A DNA stretch of 64,000 bases from NCBI RefSeq assembly GCF_018350175.1, contig NC_058369.1, positions 17,114,001-17,178,000 of the forward strand. The letters are read 5' to 3'. Origin of the DNA: Felis catus. Taxonomy: Eukaryota. Below, one piece after another: positions 12,592 through 26,890 of the stretch. How positions within the stretch are numbered: the first letter of the stretch is position 1; every line of letters starts with the position of its first letter. The position numbers were made by a program, and so were the translations under genes. The notes beneath the pieces are model-generated. The model made no database searches, was not told the DNA's origin, and saw nothing but the letters and a program-made list of their open reading frames with translations.

Positions 12592-12651
12592 CTCTAGGAG
12601 CAGAAGGGTCTCCTGTTCAGTCCATTCTCTTCCAGCACTAGCACCTTTACT
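12592..12651 (-). CDS. SMARCC1: SMARCC1 exon 19 (SKGASAGREWTEQETLLLLE), SANT start
   Basis: tttctttAG acceptor, GAG|GTAAGC donor, 60 nt. Confidence 0.96.
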
Positions 12652-12778
12652 CTAAAGAAACAAAACCAAAAATTAGACACTCACTCCTAAAGGCTGAGCA
12701 TGGAGCTCAGCAGGAGTTCCTTCTAAGTTCAGGGGGCTGTTTTATGCACACAACCAAGTAAGTCCCTAAGCAGTAGGT

Positions 12779-14140
12779 GGGGCACCTGACTGGCTCAATC
12801 GGTACAGCACGCAACTCTTGATCTTGGGGTTAAGTTGGAGCCCCACACTGGGTGTAGAGATTACTTAAAAATAAAATCTTTGGAAAAAAAAAGTCCCTGA
12901 GCAACAGAAATAAAACACTTGAGGATTCTAAACTTCCAACAGAAAGGCAGACTTATTTCAAAGATTTCTTGTTTTCTATTAAGGACTCATAGACCATTTA
13001 GATATGTTGTTTCTATTATTTTGAAATTTGACAATACTTTTGAAGCTACAAAGGCACAATATTTTAATGCATACCATGAACTGGTTGGATATCATAAACG
13101 TAACACAAACATTTAGTATAACTTGAACACAGTACTTTTTCTAAGATTCAAAGACAAATTGTACTACACATAAATTACTCTGGAAGATTCTTTTTTTTTT
13201 TTTTAATATTTTCATGCTTATTTATTAAAAAAATTTTTTTAATGTTTTTATTTATTTTTGAGACAGAGAGACAGAGCATGAACAGGGAAGGGGCAGAGAG
13301 AGAGGGAGACATAGAATTCAAAGCAGGCTCCAGGCTCTGAGCTGTCAGTACAGAGCCTGATGCAGGGCTCCAACTCAGGGTCTGTGAGATCATGACCTGA
13401 GCTGAAGTCGGACGCTTAACCGACTGAGCCACCCAGGCGCCCCTGTTTATTTTTCAGAGAGAGAGAGAAACTGAGTAGGAGAGGGGCAGAGAGAGAGAAT
13501 CCAAAGCAGGCTCCAGGCTCTGAGCTGTCAGCACAGAGCCCGACATGGGGCTCGAACTCCATCCAGGAGAGAATGATCTAAGCTCAACCAACTGAGCCAC
13601 TCAGGCACCCCTTGAAAGATTCTTGATTCCAGGGGCGCCTGGGTGGCGCAGTTGGTTAAGCGTCCGACTTCAGCCAGGTCACGATCTCACGGTCTGTGAG
13701 TTCGAGCCCCGCGTCGGGCTCTGGGCTGATGGCTCAGAGCCTGGAGCCCGTTACAGATTCTGTGTCTCCCTCTCTCTCTGCCCCTCCCCCATTCATGCTC
13801 TGTCTCTCTCTGTCCCAAAAATAAATAAACGTTGAAAAAAAATTAAAAAAAAAAAAAAAAAAGATTCTTGATTCCAATTGCAACAACTTCATATTTTCAA
13901 CATCTCTTGAATAAAATAATCACCAAGTAATTCCCTAAACTGCAAATCACTCTTTCCGTAAGAATCCCTTTAACTGGGGGTTGAGCCCTGGACTGTTGAT
14001 TTTGGCTCAGGTCACGATCTCAAGGTTGTGGGATCAGGCTATGTGGGCTCCATGCTAAGGGTGGAGAGTGCTTGGGACTCTTTCTCCCCCTCTCTCTCTG
14101 CCCCTCCCCCTCTTCTTCCTCCAAAACAAACATTTTTAAA
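12779..14140. mobile_element. SINEC cluster: 12779-12892(+), 13230-13443(-), 13445-13611(-), 13632-13860(+, young), 13976-14140(+)
   Basis: Recognisable SINEC heads and tails; 17-bp TSD aaagattcttgattcca around the young copy. Confidence 0.9.
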
Positions 14141-14749
14141 ACAAGAATCCCTTTAACTGACAACTCACATGAGCATGGGGGGGTATAAGAAAACCAACTT
14201 TGTGTTACCTAAAAACTAAGATTTATCAATTGATTCATACTTCTGATTTGTACACCCTGCTCCCTTCAGAAGACTGGATGTGTGGTATACCTGACATTAT
14301 TCTTTACCTGCAAATGTTATTAACTCAGAATATATATTCTAACATATCCCTTCTCTGTAAACTCTATTTGGGTAGATTATAGTTTTAAAAATGAAGAGAA
14401 AATTTCTATAGTCTGTGATTTCCTTGTTTGTGACAACAAAGCCTCTCAATTTGTTGACTCAACCTTTCTGCATGCTGTGTTACATATTGTGGGTAAAAGT
14501 TAAATTATGATTTGCTAGGTTTCCATGGTATTCAATACATATTCTGAAATTTTTGCAAAAAACTGTACTAAAAATAACTACTTTAACTAGAGAATAAAGA
14601 GGAATTGAAACATTGTGGAATTAAGCATTGTAGAATTAAGTCTTAAAGCAGGACTTTGTGAGATGGACAAAAAGGCATGTAGCTAGAACTCATAATACAT
14701 TGCTCAGATTCCTTAAGGATTACTTTCTTTTTAATGACTTCTATTAAGT

Positions 14750-14947
14750 TTACTTATTTATTTAGAGAAAGAGAGGGAGAGAGCATGCAAGCGGAGGAAG
14801 GGCAAGAGAGGGAGAGAGAATCCCAAGCAGGCACTGCACTGTCAGCACAGAGCCGAACGTGGGGCTCAAATTCACAAACCATGAGATCATGACCTAAGCC
14901 GAAATCAAGAGTTGGACCCTTAACTGACTGAGCCACCCAGGTGCCCC
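14750..14947 (-). mobile_element. SINEC
   Basis: ends gactgagccacccaggtgcccc. Confidence 0.9.
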
Positions 14948-15775
14948 GTAACCCTTAATGATTACTTTAAGACAACAAGTTTCATCTTTTAATGAACTAA
15001 TCTCAGAAATGACTGTCAATCAGACAGAGGAACAAAATTCCAAGAGGAACAACATTCATTAACATTTCATCTAAATTCTAAGGAAGGAAAACCTGAGTAA
15101 CAGGAAAGATCTGTACAACCTAAACATGACATTTATTAGGTAGGTGTGTGGCAGTGAGCATTTCTCCACGTCTCAGCCACAAAGGTACAGTTTCTCCTCT
15201 TGATAAAAACTAGCTCTGAGAAGGGTGCATAATCTCATCTCATAATCCTTGAGATGTTTGTGGGGGTTGTGCATGGTTTTAGAAATGCTTTCTTTGGTGT
15301 TTACTAAGGCAGAATGTATGTTCAATAAAAAACCCAAACCTTAGGTATACAGTTAGATACAATTTCACATATACACCCATATAATCACCTAAATCAACAT
15401 CTAAGGTTCTCTCCTTTAAACCTCAAGTTGATACCAACAGGAGTACACACTATTCTGACTTCTATAATCATAGGCTAGTTTTTCTTGGATCTGAACTTTG
15501 TAAAACCATTCAGTATGTAGTCTGTGGGTCTGGCTTCTTGTTTAATAGTAGGTCGATGATATTCAACCACACTCTTTTTATGAAGTCATTTCTTTTCATT
15601 TTTGTGTTAATATTATATTGTTTGAATAAACTACAATTTATCCATTTACATGACTGATTGTTTATGGTTTTTGGCTATCTTGGATAAAGCTGTTAAGGAC
15701 AATCATGCATATTCTTTTACACATTCATTCTTTTTTAAACTTATTTATATTGTTTATATAGCCAGAAGCTCAGTG

Positions 15776-15777
<2 letters not shown>

Positions 15778-15811
<34 letters not shown>
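15778..15811 (+). repeat. (TG)17 microsatellite
   Basis: Direct reading. Confidence 0.95.
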
Positions 15812-15814
<3 letters not shown>

Positions 15815-16005
15815 TTATATTTAACTATAAAAGAATATAATAGTTCTCTCCACTTTTATTTTCTGGAAGAGTTTATATAGGTTGGTATTATTTCTTCCTC
15901 AAATGTTTGGTACAAATGCATCAGTAGAATCATCTGGGCCTAGAGTTTTCTTTTCAGAAAGATGTTGAAATATATATAGATATAATATATACAAGGCTAT
16001 TCAAG

Positions 16006-16496
16006 TCTATTAGTTCCATATGGCTACTATAATCAAATTCTCACAAACTTGATGAAACATTCAAAATAATAAAAATTCATTCGCTCATAGGTCAGGGGGC
16101 TAGAAGTCCAAAATCAATACAACCAGGACAAGAACTGAGGTGTCAGCAGGACCGTACTCCCTATTCATGCTCCAGAAGAGAATTCATTCTCTGCCTCTTC
16201 CACCTTCTGGTGGCTGACTCAGAACTCCTTGGTTTGCAGCTGCCTTATCTGAACCTCTGTGCCTGAGGTCACACTGCCTTTTCCTCTTCTGTCTTCAAAT
16301 CTCTTTGGATTTACCTCTTAGAAGAACACATGTCATGGCACTCAGGGCCGACCTGGATAATACAGCGTTATCTCATCTTCAAGATCTCTAACTTAATCAC
16401 ATCAGCAAAAGAACCTTTTTCCAAATGAGGTAATGTTTACAAGTTCCAGGCATCAGGATCTGATTTCTTTGGAGGACATTTTTCAAGCTATTACAT
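16006..16496 (-). mobile_element. MaLR solo LTR (MLT1C/D-like)
   Basis: gaagtccaaaatca, gtgtcagcagg, tgcctcttccaccttctggtggctg, aacttaatcacatc, ttccaaatgaggtaa. Confidence 0.8.
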
Positions 16497-18269
16497 TAGG
16501 TTACCTATTTCATCCTGAGTAAAGTTTTTTATTTTGTTGCTTTCAAGGGGTTTGTCCGTCTTATCAAAGTGTCAAACATATTATTATCAAGTTGTTGATT
16601 ATATTTTTAATATCTTTTTAATGTACAGAGAATCAGTAATATATTCTTTCTTTCCTGATTTGTAATTTGTGTCTTCTCTTTTCTTCTTGATCACTCACTC
16701 TGGTCGGAGGCTTATCAAATTTACCGATCCTTTCCTTATTTCGTTAATAACCATCTCCTTATTTTGTTAATTTTCTGTATTGTTTTTTTGTTTCTGGTTT
16801 CTAGTTTCATTTTGTTGTGGTTAGCTAACCATATTTATTTCACGTGTATGAAATCATACAACCACATTTTATAGTATCATTCCTTTAAAATTTCTTGAGA
16901 GTCATTTTATGGCTCAGAATTGAATATACTTTGGTCAATGTTCCCCAAGAACTTTAGTCTTATCTTACTAACCTACCTACCTACTTATTCTATCAATTAC
17001 TAAGAGCAGACTATTGAAATCTCCAACTACAATTCTATCAGTTTTGCTTTATATATTTTGGAGTTTTTTAATGAACTATATACCTAATTAGGGCAATCAT
17101 GTCCTTTTGATTAACTAACTCCTTTATCATTATGAAATGTCCATGTTTAATTCTGGTAAAATAATTTCTAATGTCTATTTTCACTAGTATTAACATAACT
17201 GGTATTCCTTGGATTAATGTCTAGAAGACACGTCTTCTCTCATTCTTTTACTTTATAATTAGATTTCTTACAGACAATTTATGATTCTTAGTTTTTTATG
17301 CAATTTGATGATCTCTGTTGCTTAACTGAAATATTACAACCATTTACAAATAAGGTTATTACTATCCCCATGGTCATATGTAAACCTACCACCTCCCTAT
17401 TTTCTACTCATCACATCTACCCCTTCCTTTCTTATTCATTCCCTCTTATGGGGTAACTTTTTTTGAGAGGTAACTTTTTTGTGGAGTATTATTCTGTTTT
17501 TATCTCCATTACTGACTTACTAGCTATAGGTCTTTAAATACTCTGTGACTTAGAATCCTCATCTCTAACGTGTCATGGTGTATCCTCAAATACCATATTA
17601 GGTGCCATATATATGGCATAAGAACTTTAATATACTGTACTTCCATTTCCCTCTGCTGTACCTTGAGCCATGTTTGGTCCTTAACACATATTGAGAACCT
17701 AGAGATATACTATTAGCATTTTTGGTTTAAGTAGTCTATTACCGTTTTTTAAAACTACAAATCAGGAGGGAACATCTTTTATTCTGACCCAGGTGCTGAC
17801 CTCTTCTGGCATTCATTGTTCTTCCATGTACATCCAATCCCCTTCAAAAGTATTTGGAAAGTGTTTGCCAAAGTATTATATACTTTAACCTGAAGCAGCA
17901 TTTTTTATCACATTTCTAAATTATATCAGGAGTTTAACTCCATGTAATTGTCTTTCTGCCATTTTGGTCATTTCTACATGTTATAAACTCCTTAAAATGA
18001 TCACTGCTTAAACAGTCTATATTTCTTCATATTTAATCGTACATTCATTCGTCTCCCTAGACGTATACCTTCCTAGTCTTGTGGGTCCATCAGGGATCAA
18101 TATCCTTCACCCAAAAAAACTTCCCTCAGTTTTCCTGTACTGTGTGCTAGTGAAAACCTAACCCCATTCTCAATATCTGCCCTTTCACTCCTGAAAGGTA
18201 TTCCTACTGGATACAGAACTCCAGACCGACAGCTTTACCTTCAGCATTTAAAATGTTACTATGGTGTTG

Positions 18270-18783
18270 GAATGCCTGGGTGGCTTAGTCGGTTAAGCAT
18301 CCGACTTCAGCTCAGGTCATGATCTCACGGTTCATGGGTTCGAGTCCCGTGTCAGGCTCTGTGCTGACAGCTCAGAGCCTGGAGCCTGCTTCAGATTCTG
18401 TGTCTCCCTCTTTCTCTGCCCCTCCCCTGCTTGCATTTTCTTTCTCTCGCTCTCAAAAAATAAACAAACATCTGGCTTCTGTCATTTCTGCTGAAAAGTC
18501 AGACATCAGTTTTATGATTATTTCTTTGAATTTAATGTGTTCTTCTCCAACGCCACTCACTGCCCAATGTGGTGGCTACTTTTAAGGTGTTAGTTTTTTT
18601 GTTTTCTTTTGTTTGAGAGAGCATGCATGTGTGTGAATGGAGGAAAGGGGCAGAGAGAAAGGGAGAGAGAAAATCTCAAGGAGGCTCCACACTTATCATG
18701 GAGCCTGAAAGGGGAATGATCCCACAAGACCCGAGCCGAAATCAAGAGTCAGATGCTTAACCAACTGAGCCACTCAGGCGCCC
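18270..18783. mobile_element. Two SINECs: 18270-18470(+), 18600-18783(-)
   Basis: SINEC body motifs. Confidence 0.88.
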
Positions 18784-19482
18784 TGTTTAAGATGTTAGTT
18801 TTTAAGGTAAGTTTAAGCATGATGTGCCTAAACATGTTTTCCTCTGTATCCAAATGTGGATCAGTTTAGACTCTCTACTGAGTTGGTATCTTTTTATTAT
18901 TTATCAAAAATGATTAGCCATTACATCTTCAAATATCACTTCTGTTTCATTCTTTCTCTTTTTATAGGTCTCTAATGATAAACATGAATTCTTTTTACCA
19001 TTTCTCACATGTCCTTTAAAGTCTGTTCTCTTTGACCCCCTCTGCCACCTTGATCAAATTTATTTTTCTCTTGGTGCTTCAATTTCAAGGTAGCTACTAA
19101 CCTGTCTGAGCTCACTATTCCTGTCTTCTGTTGTGTTTAGCCTGCTGTTAAAACCACCCAATGAGGTTAATTTCAGGCACATTTTTCAATTATACAATAT
19201 TCCTTTGAGTCTATATATTCCAATTATGTTGAAATTCTCCACTTTTTCCTGTTTTAACATATTATTCATCATTACTTTAACCTACCTACATTCTAACCAT
19301 ACAGAAAAAGTGGTAAGATAAGTGATTGTGGTTTTATAAAATGCCAATAGATTAATTAGAATGCTCACATTCTTATGCCATAGAAAGTTACGTTTCTTAT
19401 GAAAACTGATACTTCTTACAAAGAAGAATAAAGAGGACATGCTGCATTGCAGCCCAGGTGGGTCTAGAAACAAAGTCCTTAC

Positions 19483-19596
19483 TTTTGCTAAGGTTTTCTT
19501 GGAGTAAATGTCAGTACGAAGACCAAAGTTCTGCAAATCAATTGGTTTTTCCTTGTTCTTCTCAGGAAAATTTAACATCTGCTGAGCAGCAGGGAC
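19483..19596 (-). CDS. SMARCC1: SMARCC1 exon 18 ([38 protein letters not shown])
   Basis: ctcctAG acceptor, AAA|GTAAGG donor, 114 nt. Confidence 0.97.
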
Positions 19597-20088
19597 CTAG
19601 GAGTCAGAAAAATGATGAATGGCTTTATTAATCTCTACAAAGTTAAAGGGATAGAATTTTTAAAGCACTGTATAATAGTGACACGTAGAGAGATTTCAGA
19701 ATAAAATAATAACCACACCTTTGCCCTACACTTCTAACAACATTTCAACATAGGCAACAAAGGTTGCGTATAAGCAACATTTTTCTGCCTCATTTAAATC
19801 CCAGAGAAAATAGACAATAAATTTTCTTTAATATGCTACCCCATTTCACAGTGAAGAACAATTTACACCTTAGACTCATGTTATTCCAACTTAAGGCTGT
19901 ATAAAATCTGGTTGACATAGTAATTTTTTCAAGAACATGTGTTTGTTCACTTTCCAAATGTTAGGAAGGGGAAGAAGTTTCATACAGTGTATAATTAGTG
20001 TAATATTAAAAATGCCTAATATTAGGTTATTAGAGTAATAATTACAAAAACCAGAATTATAATAATATTTGTGTAATCATTAATTTAC

Positions 20089-20242
20089 CTGAGGTGATCG
20101 AAGATGTAGAGGCACAAGCCCAGAAGGGGTATCAGCTAATACATTGAAATGAGGAGTAGGAGGAGGTCCCATTGCCATGGGTCGACTTTCTGGATCCACT
20201 TGGTAATTGACAAGCCCCCACTGCTCTAAAAAGGCATGAACC
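20089..20242 (-). CDS. SMARCC1: SMARCC1 exon 17 ([51 protein letters not shown])
   Basis: tcttccAG acceptor, CAG|GTAAAT donor, 154 nt. Confidence 0.97.
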
Positions 20243-20868
20243 CTGGAAGAGTAAAGCTCTGAAACTTAACATCTAGAGACTGTAACTCACTTCCTCCATT
20301 AACCATCATCACATTTCACTAAAAAATCAAAACAATAAAACAAGTAAAATGTTCTCTATAGGCTATGAAGCACCACAAAGTTAACTGACAATTTTGGTTT
20401 GTTGTATGAGGGACAATTTCTACAAACTCAACATCATGTTGATAACGTAACACCCAAAACCTAATACAAAGCCTGATTATTTCCATCACAGAAAGAAGAA
20501 AACAAATGTTCACTTAAGTCCATGGTGAAAAAACTCACACACAGGCCAAATTCAAACCAGGAGATTCCCATTTGATTTGTTTCTTTAGACAGATCTAGTG
20601 TAGAGAGTTTATCCACTCTCCAGATCAACCCACTCTCCATCCCTGGTCATTTTACGATTTTACCATAAAATAAAAGATATCAAGTGTACAATCTTAAAAA
20701 GAAGAGAAAATGCCAAGGTATTAAAAATACTCAACCCCTAAATAAAAAACATTTGATTAAGGTATTTTATCAACAAAGAAAATATCCAGTTGGATCAATC
20801 AAACATTAAACAGCAATGAATCAGTAACCACCTGCAGTGAAGTGTCTAAGAAAAAGTCAGGCATTTTA

Positions 20869-21003
<135 letters not shown>

Positions 21004-21226
21004 TCATAAGGTGAACACACATCCTTTCAGAAATAACTCATAGAGCCAATAATCTTCTGATTCCCTATAACCAAATCCAACAAAAAGTTTATATTCCAAC
21101 AAATACTATTGAGTGCTCACAGTCATTAATGTAATTAAGGATAATAGCTAATATGCAAAACAACTATTCACTAATATTAACGATAAGTAACAGAATAAAA
21201 CAATGAAGTTAATGTAAAGTAACATA

Positions 21227-22338
21227 GGGGTGTCTGGCTGGCTCAGCTGGTGGAGCAGGCGGGTTTTGTGTTTGGAGACAGGAGTTTGAGACCTACGTTG
21301 GGCATAGAGTTTACTTAAAAATAGATAGGTTAAAATAATAACACGAGCTAATATAAATACAAGCTTGGTCACAGGGGTGAATGGATAAATAAACACCTGG
21401 TTATTTATGCTGTCTGCAGAACTACTGTGTATCCACAGTAATTCATTTAAACCTCACAATCTCTCCCTAAGGAAAGGTACACTATCATCTCATTTATCGA
21501 TGAAGAAACTAAAGCACAGAGTGATTAAAGTATGTGTCCTAGGGGCTCCTGGGTAACTCAGTCAATTAGGCACTGACTGTTGAGTTTGGATCAGATTATG
21601 ATCTCATGGTTTGTGAGTTCGAGCTCTGTGCTGGGCTCCATGCTGACAGTGGAGCCTGCTTGAGATATTCTCTCTCTCTCCCTCTCTCTCTCTCTGCCCC
21701 ACCCCACCCACCAAAATAGATAAAATAAAAATTTTTAAATATATACATTAAAAAAAAAAGTGCCCTAGACCACAAGGCTGGTAAGTGTGGAGCCAGAATT
21801 TAGCAAACAGAGTGGGGGGGGGGGGGCGGGGGGGCTGCGCTAGAATCCATGCTCTTAACACGTGCTGCCTCTCATTTCTATATTCTTAGTAGAGCCACAT
21901 GTTGATCTGGCTCTGACAATGGCTATATACCCAGCCAGGCGATGAGCAGAACCCATGAGGCCAAAATCAAAGCTAAAACAAGAACAGATAAAAAAGGAGA
22001 GAAAAACTGGGATTCGGAGTCACAGGAGACTTATTTTACAACAAACCCAAACACTTCTGTGACAAAATATTTATTCATTCATTCATTCGTTTACTTATTT
22101 ATTACTGTCTTTTTTAAGCAACAACCTTTTTTTATTGTGAGCAAGAGAGAGAAGACATGTCCAAGTGGGAGAGGGGCAGAGAGAGAGTGGGAGAGAGAGA
22201 GGGAGAGAGAATCCCGAGCAGGCTCTGTGCTGTCAATGCAGAGCCCAACTTGGGGCCAAATCTCACAAACTGTGAGATCATGACCTGAGCTAAAATCAAG
22301 GGTCAGATGCTTAACTGAATGAGCGACCCAGTCGCCCC
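21227..22338. mobile_element. SINEC 21227-21340(+), MIR fragment ~21400-21870 split by SINEC 21542-21760(+), SINEC 22125-22338(-)
   Basis: MIR core gatgaagaaactaaagcacagag; SINEC motifs. Confidence 0.8.
21814..21834 (+). repeat. G13-C-G7 homopolymer run
   Basis: Direct reading. Confidence 0.9.
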
Positions 22339-23437
22339 TCTGCAATAAAATATTTAAAACAAGATTTTAAGAAGCTACAGACCTAGCCACAAAAGAAAAA
22401 CAAAAGTCTGGCAAAGTTAAGGTGGGCTACATCAGAATAGAAAAGGTACACTGCTCAAAAAAGGTCTAGTATACGCATAGATGGATAAATAAAAGCCGTA
22501 AATTTTCAGATTTAAGCGGACTAAAATGATAAACTGTGCTTTTAAACAGAAGACTGCCAAGAACCAGAAGTATTTACAAACGCTGGCAATTGGCAAATTA
22601 GCTAGAAGAATATACCATGTCTCACTAGATGGAAAGACTATCAGGTTTCTTATGCCAAATCTTTGACTGTAGTTTTAAATGAATCCTTACACTTTTGTTA
22701 CGGAAAGGCTAGAATTATCTAAACTTACAACCTCAAACTATTGTGGACAATCTACTATAAGAAAATATTTATTATTCAATTATCTATATTCTGTCATGCG
22801 TTCAATGTGGAAAATCACCCTAACCAAACAATTTAAGCAAAAGACATCTATTTGTGAAGTCACATGAGTATAACAAGCAATGAATTAATACTATAAAGAT
22901 AATATATGGAAAAGTATTTATAGTATGACAGGTGTGGATTTATTTGGGGGCAAGCGTTTCCAGAAATGTGTATTTAACAGTCACCAGGCAAATATACAAA
23001 AATACTTCCCCAAAAGATTCTTCCATCTCCAAAAAGGTTTTTATCTCCAATGCAAAAGCACAACAATGCTTTATGTAATTAAGATCAATTTATAGGCAGC
23101 TATGTCATCATATCTGGCATTCTTTCAATTAGTAATCATTCATTAAGAAAACAAGATAAAGATTCCACCGTCTCTCAGATTATCATACATAAATATACAT
23201 AATCTATAACATAAATTGGGAACTGTTAAGGAGAAACCTCAGCTCATTTTGGTGAATGACTATTACTAATTTCAATCATGGCTGTAAGAGCTCACATGCA
23301 TATAGTTCAAGATACAAATGGAAGAAGAAAAAATGTAGAAAAAATTCCTTTACAGCATGGAATTCTGTGTGGCTGAGGTATGAACACTGTTTTGCATGGA
23401 GTAACATATTTGCAAACTTCCAAACATTAGCAAAAAT

Positions 23438-25520
23438 GAGTGTTCGACTCTTGCTATCAGCTCAGGTCATGATCTCACGGTTTGGGAAATAAAGCCCCAA
23501 GTTGGGCTCTGAGCTGACAGCACAGCACAAAGCCTGCTTGGAATTCTCTCTCCCCACTCTTTATGCCCCTCCCCCACTTACATGCTCTCTCAAAATAAAT
23601 AAATACTTTTTTAAAAAATTTAAAACAATTTGAAGAAACCCCTGCCAAACACATGCAAATTAACAATTTCTCTACACTTCAGCCCCATTCTAAAGTAGTA
23701 GTATCAGGATTACATCTTTATATTTCACTCACATTTCTGGAGTCTTGGATTTGTTCTTCCCATTGAAAAATTCAGGAAGAGCACGCCGTTCAATCACGTG
23801 AATACTGGGGAATAAAAAACAAAAAGTCCTCTTAAAAAAATAAAATCTTAAAATTTAAGCTAAGTAATTTTCAAAGTAGAATTGATAAATCCAAAAGGCA
23901 AACAATTATTTTTTTTAATGCTTGTTTTTGAGGGGAGGGACAGATAGAAAGGGGGACAAAGGATCCAAAGCAGGCTCTGTGCTGACAGCAGAGAGCCTGA
24001 TGTGGGGCTCGAAGCCACGAACTGTGAGCCGAAGTTGGACACTTAACCACTAAGCCACCCAGGTGCCCCTCAAGCATTATTTTAAAAAATCAACTAGCTT
24101 GCACAAGTTCCTATGTATGAAGAGCATATAATAAGGTTTCCCTCTCTAACCCTCAATATGTAACTGTAGTTTTTCTATTCCCATAACCAAACTCAAAAAC
24201 TTCAATCAACACACTGAAAGCAATACATTTTATTATGTACTTGACATAACATATCATGACCACATGATGAACCACAAAATAGTAAAAGCTCTTTGGATAC
24301 TGGCTGACGAACATTGTAGCAGCTGGCACAGAAACAAACTGGTGAAGTGAACAACCAGCCAAAAGATGATGGAATTTACAATGATCAGTTTCTTGGGTTT
24401 TTCATATCAATGCAACTTTTTTCCAGCCCTCAGAAACTTTGTGATAAACTCTTTTTTTTTTTTTTTTTTTTTAAGATTTCAGTAATCGGGGCACCTGGGT
24501 GGCTCAGTCGACTGAGCGTCCGACTTCCACTCAGGTCATGATCTTGCGCTTCTTGAGTTCGAGCCCCGTGTCAGGCTCTGTGCTAACAGTTCACAGCCTG
24601 GAGCCCGCTTTGGATTCTGTATCTCCTTCTCTCTCTCTGCCCCTCCCTTGCTCACACTGTCTCTCAGAAAAAGAAAAAATAATTAAACATTAAAAAAAAA
24701 AGATTTCAGCAATCTACTGCCTTTATAAAGATCATAGAACAAGGGATGCCTGGGTAGTTCACTCGGTTAAGTGTCCAATTTCAGCTCAGGTCCTATCTCG
24801 TGGTTCGTTGAGTTTGAGCCCCACATGGGGCTCTCTGCTCTCAGTGCAGAGCTGACTTTGAATCCTCTGTACCCCCCTCTCTCTGCCCCTCCACTGCTTG
24901 TGCTCTCTCAAAAATAAACATTTATAGGGGCGCCTGGGTAGCTCAGTCAGTTAAGCATCCAACTCTGGCTCAGGTCATGATCTCATAGTTTATGAGTCTG
25001 AGCCTCACATCGGGCTATATGCTGACAGCTCAGAGCTGGAGGCTGCTTTAGATTCTGTGTCTCCCTCTCTCTCTGTGCCTCCCCTGCTCACACTCTCTCC
25101 CTCTCAAGAATAAACATTTAAAAAAATTTTTTTAATTAAAAATATAAACATTTATAAACAAAGAAATCAATCACAGAACTAATTTTTACTATTTAGGTAA
25201 AGGCCCTGATAATTTTGCAAAATGTTACAGATGAAAGCACTATAGAGACCATGTAAAAATCAGGCCTCATGAACTATACAAATGACCCACCTGTGTATCT
25301 AGTACAAAGGTTTTGACACTACTACAAATCAATGTTTTTACTGATGACACTTTCTAGTTTCTCAGTGGCTTTCCAGATATGCAACATGTACTGGTTACAC
25401 AGAGAAGAGCAAATCAGTAATCTGTGAATGTAACTAAAAGCATCGTTTGGCTGGTTCAGTTGTAGAGCATGTGACTCTTGACGTTGGGTCATGAGTTTGA
25501 ACTCCACATTGAGTTTACGT
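23438..25520. mobile_element. SINECs flanking exon 15: 23438-23625(+), 23910-24069(-), 24488-24700(+), 24743-24925(+) with 24927-25150(+) nested in its tail, 25440-25520(+)
   Basis: SINEC motifs; TSDs aagatttcag(t/c)aat and ataaacatttata. Confidence 0.85.
23733..23804 (-). CDS. SMARCC1: SMARCC1 exon 15 ([23 protein letters not shown]), SWIRM
   Basis: ttccccAG acceptor, AT|GTGAGT donor, 72 nt. Confidence 0.97.
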
Positions 25521-26890
25521 AAAAACCATTCATTCTTGCATTATTTGGGAACATATAAATTGTCTGAACTGGATCTGTACTGCCAAATACTATAAATACA
25601 ATGAATTACCTGGAAACTTCTAGGAAGATAATCCCTAAGACAAATTAATGCTATATACGTATGTGTAATGACTTTCCAAGTTTTACTATGAAGAGAATAG
25701 CTGTAAGCAATTAATTATATAGTTCTAATATACCTCTCATTATTTTACTGTTACAGGTTAGGAAAGGCCCACAAAACAATACAATTTCTATATTCACCAA
25801 GAACAAAACACACATGAATGCTTAATCCAAAGAACTTTCTTTTCCTTACGTGCAGGCAGCTAATTGCTTAGGTTCTGAAAATGAGTAAGGAAGTGGGGTA
25901 TTCAGAATCAGAAAATCTGAGTTCTCCCAATTGTCAAATGTGACTCTGAGCACTTACACGGACACAGTATTTACCTTTATCTACAAAACAGGGGTGTGAC
26001 ACACACCTCCACTATCCACTAGAGCAAGCTTTATGACACACAATGGTTATGATGCAAATAAGTGTTTCTGTAACCTATAAAAACTTACCAAGTTATGTAG
26101 TATTAAGACTTTTTTCATTTTAGAGGAAAAGAACACTAGTTTCCTCAAGTGTGTCCTTTTCAACTGTTCTGAACCTGAACATGTAATTATAATTAATAAC
26201 ACTGATACTGAGACACTTCCAAATATAAAAATAATTTAACACAATCAATATAATGAAGATTGACCTTCAAAGAAGAGCTATATACTTATTCTGTTCCAGC
26301 TTCTATTTATTCAAAACATTTAGGAACTGCATTCAGAAATGTTAAAGGCATGCAGAGAAGTCTCAATATTAGAGTCATATTTTGGGGTTTTGGAAAAAAA
26401 TATAGCTCCAAATGGATCATCTACCCTTTTAAATTGGCTTCTAAAGATGTATATATGTCTAAATGCCATGTACAAAGACACACATACATAAAATCACACC
26501 TATCCTTAAAAAATGATAATGTATAATTATTGAGAGCAGGCAACAGATCCAAGTAAGACCACAAGATTCTGAGAAAGGGCACCATCCATCACTTAAGCGT
26601 AAGTTATATATATAACTTTCCAATGAAAATACCTTAAAGAAGCTAACTATTTGGAGGGGTAAGTTCTGGAACATAAATTAAAAAATAAAAAGCCAGATAA
26701 AAATCAGGCTGACATGAAACAGTCACACTTCATAAGTAATCAATAAATAAAATATCTAGGACTAGTTATTTCCAACCACACTCCAATGATGTCAAACGGT
26801 TTTGGTAAAAATAACAGGGAAGATGCTGAGGAGAGTGTTTTCTTGAAATGTTTATACATGAAAAGCCTAATGTTAAAAATATTTCCTACT

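Larger units (their letters stand above)
15290..19270 (-). mobile_element. Long, highly diverged L1M (L1ME-like) region, interrupted by a MaLR LTR, SINECs and (TG)n
   Basis: T-rich antisense L1 motifs (catctgggcctagagttttc, ttgaaatctccaact, cctttatcattatgaaatgtc). Confidence 0.65.

Noticed and set aside
20243..20315. GTGATGA C-box near the exon 17 acceptor
   Set aside because: No CTGA D-box between it and the exon
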